This document shows positions 1 to 11,770 of a DNA stretch of 64,000 bases, piece after piece. The stretch's first letter is position 1, and each line of letters starts with the position of its first letter. The stretch comes from Geosiphon pyriformis uo1. Lineage: Eukaryota; Fungi; Glomeromycota. Under the pieces are notes generated by a model. It ran no database searches. It saw nothing but the letters and a program-made list of their open reading frames with translations, and was not told where the DNA came from. Made by a program: the position numbers and the translations under genes. The DNA lies in the NCBI GenBank assembly GCA_016748015.1, contig JAAOMT010000034.1, positions 592,161 to 656,160 of the forward strand, in the 5' to 3' direction.

Positions 1-120
1 CACAAATTGGTATACATTCCCCTTTAATCAATTCTGAAGATATTCTCTGAAATTTAGAACCAATAGTTGTCATTGAACAACCTCCCAACTTGAACACTTA
101 ACTTAAATTTATTATTATAG

Positions 121-945
121 TTATCTTCTTATAATTTAGAAACAATCTCACAAAAACAAAGCAAAAATAACATAAAAACCCATACACCAAAAAATAATTT
201 TCTTTTATTTTCAAATCTCTTATAATAACTATTCCTCAAAACATTTAACAATTATCCCAAAAACTAATGTTAGCTTTAAAAACAATACCCGAATTATTTA
301 TTACTGTTACTGGAAACCACATTAATTATACCCAAACAGAAGTAGTTACAAATTTAGCCCAAAAATTCATGAAAATATCACCCATATAAAAAGAACACAA
401 GAAGTTATTCTGGAATTCATTTGCCAGAACTTTTAAAGCTTGCTTTAAAAGAAAACTTAATGCTCACTCCAATTAGTATTCCACCAAATGCTACAATTCA
501 ACAAAAACTTCAACTGTGTCTTAATAAGGAAAGCATTGAATACCTTCCAATCTATAAATATTTCTACATTGGAAAAACACTCTACAAACAAAAACTGGAA
601 CTTACAACAGCAAACCTCATAAAAAAAGCTATTCAGAAACAATTCCACAACGAATTCAAGACAACAGCTGGACCAACAAACAGTCACTACAAGCTCAGAG
701 CTGCTTTTAGACTTTATGGCCTATTTCACACCTGTGAAAACGTTCTACAAAACCCAATTTTACAGCCTTTGAAGATTCAATATATTGGAAAGCTTACAGA
801 ACTGAAATTTCAACAATTTTCAGACCAAATTTCTTCAATAATTTTGGATTATTATCTGGAAATTACAGACAGTACTTGGACTTCAACAGAGCTCAGTTTT
901 GAAGAGAAGGTTATGTTACCAGACGAAATTAGAGATATTGTTTAG
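121..945 (+). pseudogene. Accessory ORF3 of family-1 LTR element, unknown function (421-945 still open; upstream part has C>T-type stops)
   Basis: Motifs YFYIG...RAAFRLYGLF...QYIGKLT...F...QI..IIL recur at the same position in the element at 54270-54965. Confidence 0.7.
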
Positions 946-1898
946 CATAAAATTACCCTTATAAATCTTATCATTAATTAGCATATATTATCATTTCAAA
1001 TTATGACTTATTACATTAGCAAAATGTCTGAAATTATCATTTAATTAATAACCCAATTTGTACATAACACAAATATAACCTAAGTGCAATAATCAATCAT
1101 GCAATACCCCGAAATATGTAACATTCAAAAGTTCGCCAAAATTTGTAGAAATTTGCCGAAATAATTGATAGTTTACCAAAATATCTAATAGTTTGCAGAA
1201 ATAACTTGTAATTTGCCAAAATGTATCTTTAGTTCAGCGAAATTGTAGAAAAAAGCAAAGTTCAAGTTCATAGAATAGTGTTACAACAAGTTGTATAAAA
1301 GAAGAGCTTTTCTTTTCGAGAAAATGTATCTTACTTTAGATTTATCACTTAAAACTATTCCTACATACACAAAAAGAAAAAAATACCAAATAAATTTGGA
1401 AAAAACCAAATTCTTTAATTATTGCACTTGAAAAAATTTCCAAAACCCAACTAACGTTTTGAAATTGATTAGCTACCAATTTCAGTAAACTGTTAGTGAC
1501 TTCAGGTCTGGATAGAAAACATTTCCCTTGACAGAATTCTATTTTTTTTACATTTTTTTTATTTTTTATTTTTTATTTTCTTATTATAATCATTAGGGTA
1601 GCCTACAGACAAGGTTCCTGTAAAAGAGTTGACTTTTACAGCAAAGTAACTACACATCTTAGTGAGCTTTCAGATGAGCAATTCTTTGGAAAAAGTTGAC
1701 GTTTACTACAACATAACTACACAAAACAACTGGCATGGAGTTGGCCATTCTACTTATAAGCCCAACAGTTTAAATTATAGGAGATAATTTGAAGATAAAT
1801 TCAGTTATCAGAGGTTCAAACACTTCCCATAGTTGTGAATTAACAGCATTACAATAAACATACAAGAGCTAAAAAGAGACCAAAAACCTCCAGTAACA
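914..1898 (+). repeat. LTR, family 1 (985 bp)
   Basis: TGTTAC...GTAACA ends; colinear with the reverse complement of the solo LTR at 49278-50259. Confidence 0.92.
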
Positions 1899-1939
1899 AT
1901 GTTAACAATAAATTTATTTTGATAAGTTGAAAAGTAAAG

Positions 1940-2180
1940 TTAGTTTTATATACCTTTTTAACTAATTATAGTAATTAAACAAAGTAATAATTAATGAAAA
2001 AATAGTACAAATTATATATATTTTTAATTTTATCAAATTTAAACAAGTTTATAAACTTTGAATTAGACTTAAACTGAATTTAGACTTGTCAAAAAAGTTT
2101 AATATTAAACTTAAACTAAACCTACTTTGAAATTTTAATTTGGTTTAAGTTTGGTTTAGTTTGTTTTAATTAAAACCCTA
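1940..2180. mobile_element. Terminal fragment of a hAT DNA transposon, same family as 32015-34237
   Basis: Colinear with ~33957-34237; ends in attaaaacccta, a transition-decayed version of the TIR. Confidence 0.7.
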
Positions 2181-2742
2181 AAAAAAAGTTATTATTTTTA
2201 TTTATAATAGTAAAATTAATTAAATTATAATAATTTTTGGCTTAATTATTAATTATATAATTTATAATAAGTTAAATTAAATATTAAGTTTATAAATAAA
2301 ACATAAATATATATAAAGTTTTTATTAATAATATTATTTAAATTAATAGTAATTATATAATTATATAATTTATTTTTGGATATTATCAATAAATTTTTTA
2401 TTTTAAATAATATTTTTATTAATTAAAAATACTAAATAGTTAATTTATATAACCAGTTTATTAATATAATTATGTTTAATAAATTATATTATTATTTAAT
2501 TATGTTAAACTTAAAAATAATAATTTTAATTTTAAGTTATTTAACAATATAATTTTTAAAAACAGTATTAAATAAACAATTTATAAAGTCTAAAAAATAG
2601 ATTAAATATTTAAATAATTTAAGTAATAATATTATATTTTTAATTTTGGTTTTTTTATTTAAATTTTGGTTTTTTTTTTAATAAAAATTGTTAAAATTAA
2701 TACTTATTTGTTTTTTTTGTAAAGTAATCAAATTTAATATAT

Positions 2743-3406
2743 TGTTATGATTAAAACTCATATTTTTATTAGTTATTATAGGTATTAGCCATTAATGTCA
2801 TATAATTAGTTACCCTATTTTTAGATAGTAATTATTAATCTAATTATTAATCTGGTTATTAACTACTTTCAATAGCTATATAAGTAATAAGTTTCTTAGC
2901 TGTAGAAAGATATGATCAAAGTAATAAAATAAAAACCATTATTAATTACTTTTTCTTATATTACTTATTCTTTTTTTTCTATTTTCAAGTATTTAAATAT
3001 CTTGGAATAAAAAATTACTTGTTGGTATTTACATATTTTATCTTTTTCTCTTCTTGATTTGTATTGTTAAAATTAGCCTAAGAAGCAATTGCTTGCTCTT
3101 GTAATTTATTGAATAAAAAAACAATTGAAAAACACAATAATACCTGTTATTGATTCTAAAAATTGCCAAGTTGAGGCATAAAATAATAGCAGCAATATTA
3201 TTTTGTTAACAATCATGGACTATTTCTCTATCTTTAGATTTCCAGAAAAGATTTACAAATGTGATTTTTATGAGACTAATCATGTATATTGAATTTTTAC
3301 TTATTTAATTTATCTCTTTATTGTAATTTTCTCTTTAATTATTTTTATTATTCTATAATTCTGTTCTCTCTTGTTATCTATTAGCTTATTACTCCAACTT
3401 GTAACA
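2743..3406 (+). repeat. 5' LTR, family 2
   Basis: TGTTATG...GTAACA; direct repeat of 9725-10412 and 35023-35760. Confidence 0.9.
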
Positions 3407-3919
3407 TAAAAGTAATGCTCCCTGTAAGATTGTCAAAATCCACTTTGTTTCTTATTGTATGAGTGATTATTTATATTTGCCATAACAATTAGAAGAACAC
3501 TTTAAAGCACATAACAAAAACAATTTAGACTTTATCAAACTTAATTCTTTATCCTTCTGCTTAATTTGCTTTCTCATTAAAAAACAATCCAGTAGACAAT
3601 TCCAAGATTTTTAGAACTGGTTTTTGAACAAGCATTTAGCTAAAACCTATATAGTCTATACAATCTATTACTTTGACCAAGCTTATCTTAAAGACAACTT
3701 TAAAGAAAGAAACAACAGCATCAATCAGCTTTTATATTCCACAATCTTTGAACAACAGCCTTCTGATTTCAAATATCTGAATCACCAAATTCAGGATTGC
3801 TGCCTATTAGTTAATTAAAATCCTTTTGAAACAAAAAAAAAAGTTATCAAACTGTTTCTGTTTTTAATTTTATCTCAAACAAATCAGAACATTCTACACA
3901 AATAGTTACTTCTGAACCA

Positions 3920-6900
3920 ATGGCTAATAACTCTATACAAACAAACATTCTGGCTGTCTTTTAGAATATACAAACTATTTTAAAGTAAAGAAATAACACC
4001 TCATTACTATTATTCAGAGGTGATATACAAGATCCAATTGAATGGTTAAATAACTTTGAAAGAGCTGCCATAACCAACCAATATAATAATAAATACAAGT
4101 TCCAAATCATTGGTAACTATTTTCAAGGTTCTTCTGCTATTTGGTTCTCACAAAAAACCAATGCCAATACTCAACAAAAAATTATTAGATAAACACCAGC
4201 AAATGCTGGAAAAAACAATATTTCTTTTACTACTTAGTTTGAAAACAAATTCAGAACTCTTATTTTAATCTCAAAATGGCATATAAAATTAGAAAAAAAA
4301 AACCAAAGTCTTGGTAAAGTTGTAACTGAGTATGTCAAACAATCAGAAAGCTAATCAAGCAAGTAAACTTTAGAAAAAACTAGACAGAAGAGCAAAAGAT
4401 TTATTCTTTTACAAAAAAATTGAGAACTAATTTTTCATATGTTTTTTGGTCTTTTTTGGCTTTAAAAAATAATTCAACAATAGATATGACTATTGAACTT
4501 GCCCAATAAATTAAAAACAAACAAAAGATGCACTTGAAATTCACATTTTCAGTTTTTGCTCCTGTTTCTGTTATGGCTCCTGTTTCTGTTATGGCTCCTG
4601 TTCCTTAAATGGCTGTCACTTTTTTTACTGCTCAGACTTCAGATTCCAATAAACAATTAATAGATAGACTTACAGCCAATTTTGTCTGGTTATTAGAGTC
4701 TTTAGTCCAAGCAGTCAAAAAGAATTAACAATTCTAAAGATCCAGATTTAAACTTTGTTTTAATTAGTCCCAGCAATCACTATATCAAAGACAACAAAAT
4801 GGTTTATTTGTATGCTACCACTATAAATTAACTAGACATTTCTCAAGAAATTGTAACAATTCTCTCTTATTCTTTCCAGTCTTTAGAAACAATGACAATT
4901 AAAACAACAGAATCATTAACAACAATGTCCTCAATTAAAAATCCAATCAAGCCAACATTAATTTCTTTGGAGAAGATCCCCTAGTTAAAATTATTGTTTA
5001 TCAGCCTTTAAACTAGTAGGTGCACTTTTAAAGAATAAAAGTGCAAGCTAACTAGAAAAAAACCTCTTTTACACTTTTAATTTAACTAATAATGACCATA
5101 ACATAGATAAATTGGCAATCAACACTTTTGATTTAACAAAAAAGAAAAAAAAAGCCAAAGTTAATTTTGCCTTGAACTTCAATAAAGCTTTTTCATTAAC
5201 TGTTGATAACAATAAGCCACCAAAGATTAAAGTTTTTAAGAATTCTCCAAAGTTAGAACTCCCAAAAATAGTACAAAAATCTAATATCTATTCTATTGTT
5301 AAAGATTTCATGAAAATCCCAGTGCATATAACTTTTGGCCAATTAATAACCCATCCACAATTCAGAAAAAACCTTTACAAATCTCTGATTTCAAAGAAAA
5401 AAACACTAAAAGCCAACAAGTGCTTTCATTAAACTGGACTTGTTGACAACAGCAATGTTACTTCTCTTATTTGCAAAGTCCAAGTGGCTGATTACTTTAT
5501 TGACTTAATCCTAAACAATATATTATCTGTAAATATTATTGCCAAACACTTCCTGGAAGTTATTAGTAGAAAGATTAATGAATTTTTAACTAGACCAATA
5601 ATTAATATACACAGTAACAAAAAGAAAGAGCTTGGCATAGCCAAAACGGTTTCTGTTTGCATTAATGACATTAGCATTGAAACTAACATAGAAATATCTA
5701 AAGCAAAAAAGTATATTATAATTGTAAACAATGAGTGGTTTGTCAAAGCACTATTTGACTATAAACTTTGTAAACTAACTATCAGATGTGATAAAAAACC
5801 CATTATGATTAAGTACTATTATTGGACAACTCCTTTAGTACTTAAGCAAAGTCAAGAAAATAAACAATCAGATAAATCAGATAATGAAAAGAGCAATGAA
5901 AAAAAAAATCAAAAAAAACAAAAAAAACCTGCTAAATTCATTTATACTATCTTTACTAGCAATAACAAGCTACTAGACAATATTAAAACTAACAAAGAAA
6001 GAATTATTGTAAATAGCAAGCTAATTTGCTGGTTTTACTATAATATCCTTAGAAGAATTTTTAATAGAAAACCAGACAAGAAAGCAAAATACAGTTATTA
6101 GTGACATAACCCTTATGTTTAGTGCTAGTGTAATAAACTTTTGTATTTTCCTAATAATGAATGCAAATTCTGTCTAATCTACTACAAAGATTGGAAACTT
6201 ATTAGTCTAATACTAAGAAGAGAAATAAAAGAAGTACAAAAGTCCTTTAAGAATAAACCACCTAAAATCTAATTACTTGTAATAAAACAAAGAAAACTTT
6301 TCTTAAAAGAAAAAAAATAGACATTGAAAATCTGTTGGCTAGAAATAGCTTAGTTATCTCAAAAAAAAGTGATATCTTTAGATGAATTTATATAATACAA
6401 CACACTATTATTACCAGAAAAACTTGTCCTATCTATTTAAAGTTTTATCAATTCAATCAACACAATAATAAGTTCATCAAGAAAGAGATAAACCAAATAA
6501 AAAATCTTGAATTCATACAAAAAATCAAGAATAAATAGGCTTTTTTAGTTGTAGTGATATTCAAAAAAGATAGAACCTTATGTTTTTGTGTTAATTATCA
6601 CTAATTAAATGTTATTACTATAAGAAACATATACCTACTTCTTAAAATTGATACAATACTAGACAAATTTAATGGTACTGCTTTCTTTTTAACCATTGAT
6701 TTAACTGCTAAATTCTAATAAGTAGAAATAAATTCAGAAAGCAGAAAAAAAACTGTCTTTATTACCAAATATGGCATCTATGAATTCACAGTTATGTCTT
6801 TTGGTCTTATTAATGCTCTTTTTATCTTTTAATGCCTAATAAACAAAGTGTTTGAATCAATAAAAAAAAACTTTGTTTTGGTCTATTTGGATAATATAAT

Positions 6901-7684
6901 AGTATACTTAAAAACTTGGGATAAATACTTAGAACATTTACAAAAAGTTTTTAATCTTCTTAGAAATGCTGGTCTTAAGATCAATCCAATCAAATTTTTT
7001 TTTGGATGTCAATTTATCCAGTTTTTTGGTTATTTTATTATAAAAAATAAAATCTTTTCTGACTCAGCTAAAGTTAAAAAAGTTCAGAACATTAAACAAC
7101 CAATGAATATTCCTGAATTATGCTTTTTTCTTGGTTTGGCTTCTTACTACCACAAATTTATCAAGAATTTTTCTAAAATCACCTTTCTTTTTAATCAGCT
7201 ACTCAGAAAAAATGTTAATTATCATCATTAACAAAAAGCTTTTAAAACTCTGAAGAAAAAACTTATTACTGAACCAATCTTTAAACAACCTAATTTGGAC
7301 CAATCTTTTATTCTGCACACTGATGCATTTGGCTATGAACTTAATACTGTTTTTTCACAAAAAGATGAAGATGGCAAAAAACATGTTATAACATATGTCA
7401 ATAAAACTTTCACGTCAGCAGAACAGAACTATTTAGTTACTAAACAAGAATGCTTAGTAGTAGTTTAGACTACTAGCTACTGAGACCAATATTTTTTTGG
7501 TGTGAAATTTTTAGTAATAACAGATTATCAAGTCTTGGTTTGGCTGCACAATAAGAAAAAACTGGAACACAAATAAATAATTCACTGAATATTCCACTTA
7601 AATGAATTTGATTATGACATTTAATATCACAAAGAAGCAAATTATCAAAATGCTGATGCTTTTTCCAGACTTACTATTCAGTAA
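3920..7684 (+). pseudogene. gag-PR-(Cys-rich)-RT-RNase H polyprotein, family 2, many stops
   Basis: ORF fragments 5112-5432, 5484-6101 (DLILNNILSVNII, a decayed LILDSGS protease motif) and 6848-7231 (RT YLD(D), FLGLASYY); LHTDA RNase H motif near 7315. Confidence 0.85.
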
Positions 7685-7741
7685 TAGTACAACTTTTTAA
7701 CCAAACTAACTTAATTATTAGTATTTTTTTCTTTGACAAAC

Positions 7742-9050
7742 ATGATAATAAACTTAAATTACTATTTTGTCTTAATAAAATTTTTGAGTTAAGGACAATA
7801 CTCACCAGAATATACTTAATAGCAAAAAGAACATTTATACAAACAATCAAATTTTTATTTGATTTACCAGAACCAACTATATAAAAAAAATAGAAAAATT
7901 TCTGACCATTCTTAAAAAGTTATAAAATTTAAAGAAAGAGAAATTGTGATCTATAACATGCATACTGATTTATTAGCTGAACACTTTGAAAAAACAAAAA
8001 CAATTCAGAAAATCTTAGCTTGCTATTATTAGTATATCTTAGGAAAAAACATTGCTGAATACATTAAAATCTGTAACATCTGCCAAAAAAAAAGAAAATC
8101 TAGTCATAAAAAAAATATTCATCCAATTTTTGTTGGTTAACTATTTAACAGAATTGATATAGATGTTATTAAACCTCTAACAATAACTACTAATAGCAAT
8201 AAATATATTATTACAGCTACTAATTATCTTATAAAGTGGATAGAAACAAGAGCCACTCCAGACCAAACAGTAGTCTCAATAGCCAATTTTATTTATAAAA
8301 ATATTATTTGTTACCATAACTGTTTCAAAGAATTTTTATTTGATAAAAAAAAAGCTTTTTTTAGTACACTGGTTAAAAAACTTTGTAGAAAAATGGGAAT
8401 ATGTCATAAACTTTCCTCTTCTTAATACTCTTAGACAAATGACCTAATAGAATGTTTTAATAGAATATTATGTAAAATTTTAGCCAAAACCAGTAAAAAA
8501 ACAAACTTATAAGACAAAGTACTGCCTTCAACTTTGTTTGCTTATAGAATTGTAAATTATAACATAATAAATTATAAATTTTTTTATTTGCTCTATGGAC
8601 ACATAACAACACTACTAATAGAAACTAATATTAAAATAATATTCTTTAAAGAAATTACAATAGGGAATTATAAAGACATTTTGCAAAAAAAACTTGGTAC
8701 TATTCTTGACTCATTGGTAGAAACACAAATAATTGCCTTTGAAAAGATAAACCAATTTCAAAAAAAGCTTAAAAAAAAACTTATAAAACACTTTTTTTAA
8801 GTATTAGTAATTTAGTTTTGGAATACTATTCAGACAGAGACAATGTCTATAGTAATAAATTTTCTAGCCAATAGAAAAAACTCTTTTTAGTCAACAAAGT
8901 TTTGAACAATGGTTCTTATATTCTACAAAATCAATATAAAACAATCTTCAATAATTGTCCTATTTATGATATATAATTTAAAAAATATTACAAATAATCT
9001 GATTGGTTGCTTGTTGTGATAATATTAATTCAAATAATTAGCAAAAATTA
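7742..9050 (+). pseudogene. Integrase, family 2 (HHCC, rve core, GPF/SH3 tail), decayed
   Basis: MHTDLLAEHF...CNICQ, IDVIKPL, YLIKWIETRA, LFAYR motifs. Confidence 0.85.
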
Positions 9051-9061
9051 GGTATAAATAA

Positions 9062-9730
9062 ATGCACTATTTCTAAAACAGAGATATCTTCAATCAATAT
9101 GAATAATTATTTTTTGGATCAAAACATTCAAAACATTTTCTATATTCTTTATAAGTATTGAATCAAAAACTATTCAAATACTACTCTAACTATTGAAAAA
9201 CAGATCACTATAATTGATAATAATGGAACATATACTGTTATTAAACCCAAGAAAACAACTACCAGAAGAGAAAAAATATGTAACAAAATGGATAAATATC
9301 TGCTAAAAAGTATAACAACAGCAATACTTTTATCTTTCAGTACAATTAAAAAAACAATCCAAGAAATCTTACTTATAGACAAAAACTTATTATATAAAAG
9401 ACAATTAAAATTCTATGGTCACTTTTATAAAACCATAAAAGATATGAAACTCATAAAAAAAACAATTTCAGAAATCCAGATAGAAATTTTGGATATTATA
9501 TGATTAGATATTTCAAGAGTTTTAACTATTACTAAAAGAACCAAAACTCTTATATAAAGATTTGGTTTCTTAAATACAAAACTCATTTTGTTTCAGATAT
9601 TATATATCTTATCTACAAAAGACTTCAATAAACTAGTTAGTTTTAAGCTAAATAAAACTTTTCAAATAGATTATCTTATGAATAACTTGATTTTGCCTAA
9701 GTTTAATCTCTTTGGAAAGGATAATATTAT
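9062..9730 (+). pseudogene. Accessory ORF3 of family-2 element
   Basis: Same-frame fragments 9288-9503 and 9588 onward between integrase and PPT; KFYGHF...KRTKTLI*RFG...LYILSTKDFNKL loosely matches the ORF3 pattern. Confidence 0.55.
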
Positions 9731-10412
9731 GGTTAAAACTCATATTTTTATTAATTATCACATATATTAGCCACTAATATCATATAATTAGCCATTCTAT
9801 TTTTAGATAGTGATTATTAATCTGATTATTGACCTAGTTGTTGATCTAGTCATTAACTTAGTTGTTGACCATTTTTAATAGTTATATAAGCAATAAGTCT
9901 CTTAGTTGTAAAAAAATATGATTAAAATAATAAAATAAAATTCACTATCAATTACTTCTTCTTATGTTACTTATTTTTTTTTCCCTATTTTTAAGTATCT
10001 GAATATCTTGGAATAAAAAATTACTTGTTGGTATTCACATATTTTATTTTTTTTTTTTCTTAATTTGTATTATTAGAATTAGTCTAAGAAGCAATTGCTT
10101 GCTTTTGTGATTTATTAAATAAAAAAACAATTAAAAAGCACAATAATATCTGTTATTGATTCTAAAAATTACCAAGTTAAAACATAGAATAATAGTAGTG
10201 GTGTTATCTTGTTAACAATTATGGACTATTTCTTTACCTTTAAATTTTCAAAAAAGATTTGTGACTGTAATTTTTATGAGACTAATTACACATATTGAAT
10301 TCTTACTTATTTAATTTACTTTTTTATTGTAATTCTCTCTTTGATTATTTTCATTATTCTACAATTCTGTTTTTTCTTGCTATCCATTAGTTTGTTACTC
10401 TAATCTGTAATA
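9725..10412 (+). repeat. 3' LTR, family 2
   Basis: Direct repeat of 2743-3406; ends mutated to TATTA/TAATA; followed by ATAT TSD. Confidence 0.9.
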
Positions 10413-11770
10413 ATATTTATTATAAATTTATAATAAATTTTGGTTTATTTTTTATAACAAATAATAATATTGTTTTTAAAAATATTAATTATAATATAAA
10501 TATAAAAATTTATAAAACTTTATTGTTAATATTAGTTAAATTTTAATTATTATTAATATTAAAATGTGTTTTTAAAAATAGTTTTTACATAATTAACATA
10601 AATTAAAACCAAATTAATGTTTAAATATTTTAATTTTAGAAACAAATATTGATTAAAACATTAATATATTATTAATTTTATTTGTAATAAAAGATTAATA
10701 ATTAATCAAATTAAACTTAAAAACTATTTTAAAATTTTTAATAATAAATTAGCTAATTATATAATAATACAAATTAATTTTTTTGGTTATATACTTTAAC
10801 ATAATATTTAAATAATGTAAATATTTTTAATTTGGCTAATTAAATAAAAATAAAAATTTATATATAAGTATTTAAATATAATTTTATTAAAAAACATTAA
10901 TTAAAACAAATTTATATTGGTTTAATATTTAGATTTATATTTTAAAACTGGTTTTATTAGTTTTAAAACTATTGAATTTAGAATATATATTATAAAAACA
11001 TTATATAATAAAAAATTATACAAATATTTAATTTAAAATTATATAAAATCTTAATATTTTATTGTTTTTAAGTATTTATAATAATAAGTTTTAGTTTTTG
11101 CTTTATATAAAACATTAGTTAAAAATTTTGTGTTTAAAAATAATTTAATAATACTTTTAAAATTTTTGAATTTGTTAAATTAATTATATTAAAAATTATA
11201 ACCAAAATTTAATTATTTAAAACAATATTTTATAATAATTATAAAAAAAATAAAATGCTTTTTAAAATTTTTATTAATAATAATAATTTATATATAATAA
11301 AGTTATATATTGTTTTGATTTATTTACAATTAAGTTTTTTGAATTAAAATAATTAATGTTTATTAATATGTATAATAATTTGAAATTTTTTTAAAATACA
11401 TAATTTTGTAAATTAATTTATAAAAAACAGTAAATTTAAGATTAATGTTTATACAAGTTAATATTATTTCAATTAGTTTAAATGGCTAATTATATATAAA
11501 AAATATATAAATATAATTATTATAAAATATTTTAATTTTGTATTATAGTAAAAAATTGGGTTATATTTTATTACAACAAAAAATTACTTAATTTTAGTTT
11601 ATAAATTTATTTATTTTGATTTTTTTAAATTACTAAAAAAATAAAACTCTTTCTTTTATTGATTTTCTGGTCATAATAAGAACATAAAATTGCCAAAAAA
11701 ATAACTTTTCTTATTTTTTTTTTCTTTTTCACTTTTAGTTATTTTTTTTAATATACTTATTTTTGTTGCT

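Larger units (their letters stand above)
1..1898 (+). mobile_element. 3' part of a Ty3/Gypsy-type LTR retrotransposon (family 1): integrase C-terminal tail, extra ORF, PPT, 3' LTR
   Basis: Bases 3-98 translate to QIGIHSPLINSEDIL*NLEPIVVI, similar to the integrase tail at 54186-54260 (QLGVQRILVQPDEILRDLELIIII). Purine tract gaagagaagg at 901-910 precedes TGTTACC at 914. Confidence 0.85.
2743..10412 (+). mobile_element. Full-length, heavily decayed Ty3/Gypsy-type element (family 2)
   Basis: LTRs 2743-3406 and 9725-10412, ATAT target duplication on both sides, degenerate PBS after 3406 and PPT ggaaagga before 9725. Also present: gag zinc knuckle ~4811-4853, protease ~5484-5760, RT (VYLDNII), RNase H ending NADAFSRLTIQ* at 7684, and integrase from ATG 7742. 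Confidence 0.92.

Noticed and set aside
421-945. ORF3 as an envelope gene
   Set aside because: No signal peptide, furin site or transmembrane segment, and it is much shorter than env.
7681-7721. Possible 41-nt intron (GTAATA...ACTAAC...TTAG) joining RNase H to integrase in family 2
   Set aside because: Splicing would not give the integrase frame as sequenced, and family 3 has no equivalent donor; cannot be supported from one decayed copy.
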